A DNA stretch of 8,680 nucleotides, taken from NCBI RefSeq assembly GCF_000150275.1, contig NW_002060943.1, positions 13,247,644-13,256,323 on the forward strand. The letters run 5' to 3'. Of this stretch, positions 1 through 8,680 are shown piece by piece; position 1 is the first letter of the stretch, and the number at the start of each line of letters is the position of its first letter. This DNA is from Trichoplax adhaerens. Lineage: Eukaryota > Animalia > Placozoa. The position numbers and the translations under genes were made by a program. The notes under the pieces are model-generated. The model worked only from the letters and a program-made list of their open reading frames with translations. It was not told where the DNA came from and did no database searches.

Positions 1-1
1 A

Positions 2-973
2 CGTCACTATCGCACAGCCAAAGCTGGCTATCCAAAGGTATCGAATAACTGTCAAGTTAATCAAGATCATGATTTAACCTTGCCTGAAGTACCTGGATTA
101 AAATTTCATCTTCCAGCTCAGTGTATAACAACTGAGGCCACCCTAACCATGACTGTATACTATGCAGATCCACCTTATAATCAAGGTTTACCAATTCAGA
201 AAGATTCTGATGGTAACCACTTTATCCAGTTATCGCCAATCGTTCGCCTCGAGCCGGATGGGTATCAATTTACCCCTAATAGCACAAGGAAAGCTTTACT
301 TCAAGTCCCCGTTCCATATATCAACCAGATAGCTTCACTTGAGAAAAACGACAACTTTAATATCCCAATAAAGATCATTTGTCGAAGCTACGGATGTGAG
401 AAGTGGGAACAGCAAGATGTAGAGTATGAATGTAGCCGCGATAAAAATGGATATTATTGCCTTACTTTTGCAGTAAGCCATTTCTCTGACTATGTCGTCT
501 ATTCCTACGTCAAATCTACCATTTATTCAATCCTCAAGTATATCTTTCCATCTTGGCAGCAACGAATTAAAACGTTAGCTTTCCTATCCGAAATAGACAC
601 AAGTAATGATACCGTCCATATGAAATTAATCTTATCTAAAAAAGATGAAGATGAAACTGCTATCGTGCCAGTATTCGATCAGACATTTATTAGGATACGT
701 TTAGCTACGACTGGACTTGAAAATACTATTCTAGATAATGGTGATTACGAAGCTAAATTTAAGAAACGAGGTTTAGATTATCCTGAAGGTTATTTAAAGC
801 CAAAGAAAGTTACTATCAATTGGAATGAGTCTAGCTATCATGCTATCCATTACTTTTGCAAGGTTATCGATAAAGCAGCTATTGATATAGCTCAAATCTT
901 TCTACAGCCTCAAGACCAGAAGCAAGACACCAATGAAAAGGCTTGCTACTTGAGGAGAGTAAATTCCAACGAG
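2..973 (+). CDS. Large internal exon (5' end outside window) of a ZU5-UPA-death domain protein (PIDD1/UNC5CL-like); encodes ZU5 domain, HFS motif and probable UPA domain
   Basis: Frame 2 is open from position 2 (RHYRTAKAGYPKVSNNCQVNQDHDLTLPEVPG...), so the TTG at 80 is not a start. ZU5-like motifs are GLKFHLPAQCI, LSPIVRLEPDGYQF (230-271), ALLQVPVP and W-E...CLTFAVSHFSDYVV (HFS at 479-487). These are followed by ~160 aa rich in predicted beta-strands, consistent with UPA by position. The exon ends at donor GAG|GTAAAT (intron starts at 974, phase 0). Confidence 0.85.
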
Positions 974-1063
974 GTAAATGAACAATATCTATAATCAACC
1001 TTGAAGTTGTGAAGTATATAGACTCTGTTTAATTTACTAAGTAAAGTTTGTCATGTTTGGCAG
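974..1063 (+). other. GT-AG intron (90 nt, phase 0)
   Basis: Donor GTAAAT at 974; branch-like TACTAAG at ~1035-1041; acceptor TTTGGCAG ending at 1063; splicing keeps the frame open into the next exon. Confidence 0.75.
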
Positions 1064-1139
1064 CCCAACCCATCAAAGCGGTCTGATTCAGAAAAGCTGC
1101 CTGTTCTACCCACTAAAGATGATTCAGTATTATCAGATG
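1064..1139 (+). CDS. Small linker exon (76 nt) of the ZU5-UPA-DD gene: PNPSKRSDSEKLPVLPTKDDSVLSD
   Basis: Not in the ORF track. Flanked by CAG| and G|GTAATT, stop-free, with P/S/D-rich linker composition. It converts phase 0 to phase 1, exactly what is needed to join the death-domain exon in frame. Confidence 0.75.
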
Positions 1140-1651
1140 GTAATTTTGTAATAGCGTAAACAATAGTTGATTATTATCAAGAATTATGTGATATATTACT
1201 TTCAGCTACGTTTGCCACTGATAATATAAAAGAGAATCATACATTTCACTTGCATGCTTGCAACTCTATCATCTGTTTTAAAAAAGTTAATGTTGTTAAA
1301 GTTAAGTTAATGTTAGCTTTATAAGATTAGCTAACCACCTGTGAAATATCTGGATAGTAGATAATCATTTTATGAGTTCATTTTCCGATTTAAATTAGTT
1401 CAAGATTGTTTGTCCAGTAAGCTTTTAGAAGAGTTCATAGTAATAAAATTGAATCAACCCTAAAGCGACAATTAAAAATCCTAACTCGTAATATTAACAG
1501 CAGGTTGCATTTTATGAAATATCATCAGTTTTAAAATTACAGTTATTATGAAAAGCATTTGCTATATCATTGCTAATCATGCATTCTAGATCAGATACAA
1601 CCTTGGCGACTTGAACAATAGTTCATGTTCTCCATTTTATTTTTAATATAG
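1140..1651 (+). other. GT-AG intron (512 nt, phase 1)
   Basis: Donor GTAATT at 1140; very AT-rich; pyrimidine tract TTCTCCATTTTATTTTTAATATAG ending at 1651. Confidence 0.7.
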
Positions 1652-1935
1652 AAATGGATACAGAGTTCTTCGATATAATAGCAGAGAAACTCCATATAAA
1701 CGATTTATTACGTTTGGGGAACTTGTTGCATTTGTCAGAGAAAGAAGTTGACGAAATTAAATTAAGAGAACATGGCGGCTACGATAAAGTGTACAAAGTT
1801 CTAAAATTGTGGAAAAATAATGCTGGGCAAAAAGCTGATATTTCTGTCGTGGTTGCAGCTTTACGTAAGATGAAAAAGAATTCTATAGCGGACCAACTTG
1901 AAGAAAAAATAGCCGAATGGAAGAGAAGCATATGA
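1652..1935 (+). CDS. Terminal exon encoding a C-terminal death domain
   Basis: G+AA across the splice gives E, then MDTEFFDIIAEKLHINDLLRLGNLLHLSEKEVDEIKLREHGGYDKVYKVLKLWKNNAGQKADISVVVAALRKMKKNSIADQLEEKIAEWKRSI*. This matches the six-helix death-domain pattern (LG..L.LS..E.D.I; VL..W; A....LV.AL......IAD.L). TGA at 1933-1935. Confidence 0.9.
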
Positions 1936-2075
1936 TGGCTATAAGTGATCCAAGCACAATTAATAATGGGCATTTCTTCTTCAATTTTTTTGTGGAGACA
2001 TATTATACTAAGATACTATTAGATCCCTCGCTCGTTATAGTTCACGTACAACATTGTACATCTTAGTTCCTGATA

Positions 2076-2113
2076 AATAAATCGTCTAATATTTTAATAT
2101 ACAGTAAAATAAA
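2076..2113 (+). terminator. Candidate polyadenylation signals AATAAA (2076-2081 and 2108-2113)
   Basis: Two canonical hexamers ~140-180 nt after the stop codon; the AT-rich background makes chance hits possible. Confidence 0.45.
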
Positions 2114-3107
2114 TTTTGCATTACTCTAATATTAACGAATAAGATTACTTTTGGTAATGAAGTGGCATCGATATTTTAAACTTTATAGCTATTGTGGAAT
2201 ATAGTTTTGAAGTCACTAGTACAGCAGTTGTTTTAAGTCGCATTTGGATAATACGTCTAATTGATCTCAAGCAATTTATCGTCCGAATTTGCATTGCTTA
2301 ACTTTAGTAGTTTTAACTTTGCATCGTGTAACATATTTTATATACTGTATATATAACTTCAGCATAGATCAATTTGCACTAGTGCAGCAGATTACTTTAC
2401 GCGTGTCCTAACTAATAGCTCTAAACAAGGAATAGAGGCTTTGTTGCCTATCGACCTATGATAATTTTGTAAGTTGATACTAGACCATCATTTCTAGTTA
2501 ATACTGATTTGAACTAAAATTCTTGATTTCATAAATTGTCGCCAGTTTACACAGCGTTATACATTGTCCTATAGTATTAAAAATGTATACATGCTATCAT
2601 ATAATCTCACTCTCTAGGTTTATTAGCTTATAAAGTGATCCACAACTTCTGTTTCATAGTTTTGCTGCAGTTACGTTGTCTTGCCTTACTAATATTACTT
2701 TATAATGAAATAAGTATTAATCTGTTGTAAATCAGATCTATCTTACACCCATGCAGACTGTCGGAAATTCCTACGTTGCATAAAGAAATCGGCAATAACA
2801 TATTTTCTGTGCTTGTATTCATAATGGCTACGATATACGAGGATCAGTCGGATGATGATAGACTTCAGTAGAGATTACATATAGTGCAGTAACTCGCAAG
2901 TAGTGTAATAACATATTATACAAGTATTTATTAGTGTTTATAAACATCATAATGCAGTTAATCAAGCCTAACAGCAATGTAAGCTTAGTAGTAAAATGAT
3001 TGAGCAGTGTCGTAAATTCATAATAGCACATCGATAAGTCGTATTTTCCCGCATTAGTTATTACAAAGTAGTTTTGCAAGCGTTTACGAATAATAATAAA
3101 TTAATAA

Positions 3108-4625
3108 TTAAATTTGAATTTTCAAGTATTTTCCAGCCATCTCACATTATTCGAATTTAGTATAGTAGTAATGAAACCAGTATGCTATTATATACAGTAT
3201 TCATAATATCCACTACTTATTGCAAGTAAAATACACAACTTTTAAAATTGAATATCATAAATTGATATTCCAAGTACGAGCAGCCAACGACCTCACAAAA
3301 AGTAAAAACTTAGTAGCAGGGATTTTTACCAGAAATTCTCTGCTAGTAGCTTACAAGTTTGTTGTAGGAATCTCTTTTGGGTCGTTAACACTATCCATTC
3401 GTGTTAGTCCTATTTTGCAAATATGATTCATCAGCGAAAGGATCAGAATAAATTAAACTTTAATTATTTGTAACTTTATTCTACTTTGGCATAGTAGGAT
3501 AACGAAACCTGTCTCTCATTATAATACGTCTATGCAATATCGATCAATTATAACAAATGGACTACTCATACATAAAAACTATCTACATAGAATCATACGT
3601 CAGCATTTCGAGCATAAGGCAGCTAACGATCTTACAAACAACAATAACTTATTGGCTTACAAGTTTGTTGAAGAAGTCTCATTCGATTGCAGTAGTTAAA
3701 ACTATCCATCTGTGTCAGGCATGCTTCATTTATCCGCTAAAGGTTTGTACGTGGATCTTGTCAGTTTTCCTTATTTTTTTATGTTGGCCATTGCACAGCC
3801 AAGGTTGTTCTACTTGCACATTGTATTGTTCATAAATTAAACTTTTACCTTTTTTGGCAACATTATTCGCAGTTAGCACAGTAGGATAAACGAAATCTGT
3901 ATAGTATTATAACACGTACAATGCAATGTCTATGAGATAAAACACTTGAAATCCATAACTAATAAAACATAAAATTGGAATACGAGTATCAGGCAGCCAG
4001 TAATCATGCACAAAATAGTCACTTAAAGGCTTACTAGTTTGTGGAGAAGTCTCTTTTAATGCGTAAAAAATATCCATATGTCTTCGTACTGTTCTGCCAA
4101 TGTGATTCATCAGCTAAAGGATTGTATATCCTGTCAGTTTTATTTTCCACAAATGAGTCATTGCACAGCAAACATGTTCTATTGATTAATTGCATAGTAG
4201 TAAATTAAGCTTTTAAAATAGTTTACAGCCATCTTGCCACATTATTCCAGTTTACTACAGTAGAATAACGAAACCTGTATGTTATTATAACTCAAAGCAA
4301 TGTCTGTGATTGATGACAGTTAAAATATATGACTATTGAAAACATAAAAATCGTGTATCTACATTCCAAGCACGAAGCCGCCAATGACATTTCAATCAAC
4401 AGTAACTTAGAGTCGCTTACAACATTGCTACCAAAGTTCTTTTCATCAGTTAAAGCTATTCGTCTACGTCGATAATTTATTATATTATCATCGTTCATCG
4501 GCTGAAGGATCGCACGAGCTCGTAGGTAATATTTCAACCATTAGACATTGCATGGCAAACGTTTTATATGTACACTTGTCAATTGCATAGTTGATCAATT
4601 TAAAATTGTACGTCCATTTGTTAAC
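3108..4625. repeat. Diverged tandem array of four ~330-390 bp units
   Basis: Colinear anchors recur four times. AACGAAACCTGT-like blocks lie at 3170, 3501, 3889 and 4267 (spacing 331/388/378). GCTTAC ends at 3354, 3660, 4034 and 4420. TTCATCAGCTAAAGGAT-like blocks lie at ~3427, ~3729, ~4106 and ~4494. CATTGCA(C/T) blocks lie at ~3789, ~4159 and ~4546 (deleted in unit 1). Confidence 0.9.
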
Positions 4626-4953
4626 TTGCATTTACCTTATGATGTGTATACTGTATATTTAACCCAATTAAGCCTGTAAATTATGCTTGGCGCAAATCTT
4701 GGCCATTCATCAGCTGGCTTATAACATACTTGAACGTAGGTAAATTCATTTTCCAGTTGAACCGTGAAACAAAGTTACCAACGCAATTAACTTAAAAGTG
4801 AAATCGCATAGGCATCATCCATGAAAGCAATCATTGCTTGTCATTGATTATGTTGCTATTGATCAATATGGAAACGAATTATAATTGATTAATGGCTTAA
4901 TGAGGTCTTAGTTAACTGTAGACAGATGTACTGTACTGTGAATGATGTCGAAA

Positions 4954-4981
4954 ATCATCTTGCATTACACTGCAAGATGAT
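4954..4981. repeat. Perfect inverted repeat: 11-bp stem, 6-nt loop
   Basis: ATCATCTTGCA-TTACAC-TGCAAGATGAT. Confidence 0.85.
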
Positions 4982-5459
4982 GCCAAGACAGTAGATTGAC
5001 TATCAAGTTCAAACTTGTCTTACTTACTTTAAACGAATGGACCTGTGTCAATCATTCCATGAGGGAATTTTCTACTGTGTCAATGATGATGATAGTACCG
5101 TATTAACAGAAATGTCTACTCTCTCCACACTGCTAGCTACTGCTGTGATATTTAAATAAACACTTACCTATTGAAAAGGGATACTTTGCCTTTCAGAAGC
5201 TCCTTTAGTGAGTGGTAGTTTACCCCTAAAGCTTCATTACTAACATGTCGCCATAATCTTCCCCCTGGCTTGTTATGCTAACATTTACGACGATGTTAGT
5301 TAGTATTTCAAAAGAATCTTTCAGCGAATTAAATCCAAGAATCTGTAAGATAAATTGATCGAGATATCAACTCAGTTAGTCTTGCTTCTGATTCATATTC
5401 ATTCGATAAAGTAATTTACTTACAATTCAGCAAGTCAATGGAATTTCACCACATGGCTT

Positions 5460-5482
5460 GAAGAAGGAAGGAAGGAAGAAAG
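5460..5482 (+). repeat. Short (GAAG)n purine microsatellite
   Basis: GAAGAAGGAAGGAAGGAAGAAAG. Confidence 0.6.
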
Positions 5483-8400
5483 CGTCAAGTTTCATTGGAC
5501 CAATCATGGTTAGTCAAGATTTCTCTCTCTTCATTAAGTTGAATCGGATTTCTCTTGAGTAGTTAGTAAGCATCGTTAGGCAATCTAACCATTCGATCGA
5601 TGAATAAAGACACTGTTGACTGTAACGTAGTAAAACACCCAGTCACGCATTCCATGTTTTCTTTTCCATGCTAAAAATGAGTTCTATTAAGATACGAGGA
5701 CTGTGGAAGGCACAATCGCTAGGCAAGTAATAGTAATGTAAGTGAGGTAAATTGGCTTAGCTTTACCGCTTTCTTTGCAATAGGAGTATTTGTAGATCTG
5801 CAATGATCAAGTCTCATACTTTCTACACAGTTCTTACATTAGTAGGTCCCGCCATAGTATCAACAGCCATAAAAGTCGCTATTTTTCGCCAGTTTCACAG
5901 CCAATATACTGCAAGTTACGATAGATTGAGAACTTGCATGAGTAGAAAAGGCGTTGGAAACAATTTCGTCCATGAGCCAACGTTAAAATCAGTTAAAACG
6001 ATACAAGTGAAAAAATACCTCTATGGTTAAAAGACTGATCCAACCTTATAACCAACAATGTAGCCATTTCGTTTGTGTAGCCATAGCTTGGAAAATTACA
6101 GTATGGACATGGTATTGGCATCTATTGCAACTGGTGTATTTGATCATTCAGTCAGGTTTTCTGCCCAATTTCACCGCATTCTATCGTTTCGATCAAGACA
6201 AGGTTAGCCAAGACTGGCAGAAAGTATTTGTAGCTCACTACAGTAGAAGAAAAACTGGATAGAATCAAGTTTTAGCCCATGGAATGCCAACAAATCAATC
6301 GTAATCCTAACAGACAGGAATTGCAATTTGCAGCTATGGATGTGCATGATTACTCAGTGCAGTTTTTAATGCAGAATTAGTGTATCTTGCTACTACAGTA
6401 TAGTAGTGTGTCCAAATTCGCCATTGCACAGTCGTCTATAAGATGACAAATTCATGTAGTAGTCCATATTCTAACTTACTCTTTGTGATCAAATTAGACT
6501 CTTGTAAAATATCGAGTAAACAGGCAGCAGAGTTAGCATAATGCCCTAAATCCTAGTTTGAATCGCTTATAGCGCAGTATATAATATATTGAATCCCTTA
6601 TTGGCAGTGTACTTATTAATGCCTCCTCGTCTCCATTTTTGCATGCCCAGTTGTCCACGCTATGGTCTACTCGTGCAATGGCAAGCCAATGCAATTAGAC
6701 TTGGTTCAATCGATCAACCATTTTAATGTTGCTTATTGCATTGGCCTCAAGTTGATGTAGAAACAGTTTGAGAAGTTTTATCCAGTAAGGTATTGAATGG
6801 CATATGCCAGCATGGAGACCGTTCCAATTCTGTAGTCGATTCCGTATTTTTCAGCATTTTTAGAGGTAATGGTGAGTGAAAGCGAGTCCTGCAGCGTACT
6901 GCAAACTTCTCTACGCATTTCTTGGCTATAAAACTAGTGTTAATCCTTCTGATGTCAGCCTGGACTTGAATATTTTGCAGTAGTCGTGTTGGTGCAATCA
7001 TCATCGATGTGGAAGGAGTCTGATGACTAAATCGCCGTACTAAATCATGCCACCATCACCGATAACTCTATGACTATTTTATCCATTGGTTTTTCAAAGT
7101 AGATTGCAAACTTTGGGTCATTGGTATATAAACAGCAGTGAATTCAATGTTAATGACCATCTAATAGTAAATCGTTGAAAATGGCTATGGCCATATACCA
7201 GTTGAAAGGATTCCTCACTGCATGTAGAAAATGTACCTTGGTGAAAGTTGTGAAATGCATTCTTATGCAACATAGAATCAGTTCTCTTGTAAATTCGTTA
7301 ATGACCAATATGACTGACTGATAGTGACTTGATTGGATAGCTAGTTTAGAGCTGTGTCAGCAAATACTTTACAATTGGAAATCTGCTCGTCTATAAAGTT
7401 GTCTACAATGACGATCAAAAAATGGCTACACAATCCAAAGAAGTGATGATTATATTTGGTTACTTGGTATGCCCTACCTAACACTATTGAGTGCGGTGTT
7501 GTTACTCAATAAAATGCTTTAATAAAGGATGATTTCAATGGCAAATATTGACTACGCCTTTAACAGTATCATATTGACCATTTTGTTGGACATTATGATA
7601 TGTCCTCTCTCTTCAAATTTAGTAGTTCTTGCTACTTGTATCGAGTAGAGTACAGTATATAAAGTTTTTGAACTGGATGATGAAGTAAAGTTAATGCTGT
7701 AGATTATGGGCCATTGGTCAACAGTCGTGCCTGCTGTATCCTGAAATAACAAACTACGGTCAACAAAATAACCAATTGCCCAACTTTAACCACAACGAAG
7801 CCTTGAAGGCAAGCGAAGAAATGACATTTGCTCAGAACCCGTACAAGCCTGGCACAGCCATTGCTGCATAGTTTCAATAGTATCTCATAGGACACTTGGG
7901 CTGAAAATGGCGCCTTGAAGAATCATGAATTTGGACATATCCAACAACATGCACATGGCAGAATATCATTTCACTACCATTATATTTGTATGCGCATATT
8001 GAGGGTTGAAAATCGATTACCTTTGAACTGGCTACGTTGTAGGGAACATTTTTTGCCTAATGTAATAGGATTTTTAGTGGGTAGAAGTTTACTCGTATGC
8101 CATCTTCAATTCTATTTGGTTCTATTTGCTAACTTTGCTTATCGTTAGAATAAGCAGCATACAGTGCAATTGATAGAATTATACCTACATTTCGGCCCAA
8201 AATAACATCAAACTATCATTAGCCAGTCATGAAAAAATTAAATTGGTAAGTTTGACATTTGCTTGAATTTCTATCACATTATTCGTTACTTTTGAACTAG
8301 AAATAGAAATTGAAGGTTTCCAAAAGACGTGGACAAAAGCCATCTTACTGTACATGCTATCTTAAGAATCTTATTCAATTATTAATGTCATTAACATTAA

Positions 8401-8680
8401 CTTCTCATAAATTGATGCAAAAGATTCTTCACTAGCGTTGTGTCTAAACTTATCATCTACAATTAGATTTCATTATTCAGTGACAGTCCAGCCTCGGTCT
8501 TTGCAACATGGATGGTTGCATTTTCAAGATCAATTTCTATTTACATTTATATATGAGTTTGTAGGAGCATCTTGAATTATTGTCCAACCTTTTAAATAAC
8601 CGAATTGTTTGTATTTCTGTGTTGGAATACGAATCGTATGCATATAAATTTGTACCCGACATACGCCTACTATGCCATAA

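Larger units (their letters stand above)
4636..8680 (-). pseudogene. Decayed multi-exon ankyrin-repeat gene (5' end probably outside window); C-terminal exons of unrecognised family
   Basis: Manual minus-strand translation across frameshifts gives repeated ankyrin-like motifs: KGWTIIQDAPTNSYINV/IEIDLENATIHVAKTEAGLSL (8592-8478); LVKNLLHQF/VNVNDINN (~8435-8378); LLKLCSNGCARLVRVL (~7880-7833); QNGQYDTVKGVV (~7587-7550); DTAL/LAIQSSHYQSVILVI (7358-7300, 1-nt deletion); IKLLKLFL...DRLNQV*LHWLA...WACKNGD (6781-6629). Downstream GT-AG introns are predicted at 6479-6307, 5766-5671, 5423-5343, 5167-5075 and 5027-~4916. TAA, TAG and TGA stops plus frameshifts occur throughout. Confidence 0.65.

Noticed and set aside
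80-994. ORF-track boundaries (TTG start at 80, stop at 994) as a stand-alone 304-aa gene, and ATG 1654 as an independent start
   Set aside because: The frame is open to position 2, and frame-compatible GT-AG sites join the segments into one spliced gene.
1779-1973. 64-aa minus-strand ORF
   Set aside because: Antisense shadow of the death-domain exon; no recognisable motif.
3220-3426. Plus-strand ORF with FN3-like 'FQVRAAND'
   Set aside because: It lacks the other FN3 hallmarks, and the equivalent frame is broken in other array units. It overlaps a predicted minus-strand intron.
3420-4515. Hammerhead ribozyme or C/D snoRNA array (CTGATGA on minus strand, CGAAAC on plus strand in several units)
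   Set aside because: The two hammerhead core motifs are on opposite strands, and no stem II-GAAA follows CTGATGA. There is no consistent box C/D pair with a terminal stem. The motif is degenerate in two units and fits A-D-E codons.
3108-4625. CRISPR-like array
   Set aside because: Units are ~380 bp and homologous along their whole length, with no unique spacers; the context is eukaryotic and there are no cas genes.
5803-6262. Two overlapping plus-strand ORFs (75 and 79 aa) resembling a small operon; likewise ORFs 2828-3079, 3557-3835 and 7915-8148
   Set aside because: No recognisable domains. Most lie antisense to pseudogene exons or within the repeat array, and their lengths are compatible with chance.
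1-8680. Single canonical ankyrin gene (ANK repeats + ZU5-ZU5-UPA-DD)
   Set aside because: The ANK fragments are on the opposite strand, downstream and decayed, so they cannot splice to the ZU5-UPA-DD exons.
4636-8680. Alternative genetic code or stop-codon readthrough rescuing the minus-strand gene
   Set aside because: All three stop types occur together with frameshifts, and the plus-strand gene is consistent with the standard code.

Overview
AT-rich eukaryotic DNA, most likely animal, with short GT-AG introns (mostly 80-100 nt). An early-branching metazoan such as a placozoan is a plausible but unverified guess. Three blocks are visible. (1) Positions 1-2113 (+) hold the 3' part of an intact spliced gene: exons <2-973, 1064-1139 and 1652-1935 are frame-compatible and give 443 aa within the window. 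They encode ZU5 - HFS motif - probable UPA - linker - death domain, a PIDD1/UNC5CL/FIIND-type module predicted to self-cleave. (2) Positions ~3108-4625 are a diverged tandem array of four ~330-390 bp units. Their conserved blocks read on the minus strand as splice donors and acceptors, suggesting a duplicated exon-intron-exon-intron cassette. (3) Positions ~4636-8680 (-) are a heavily decayed ankyrin-repeat gene with many stops and frameshifts but well-preserved splice signals, convergent with the death-domain gene. Most short ORFs in the supplied track are spurious or fragments of block 3.
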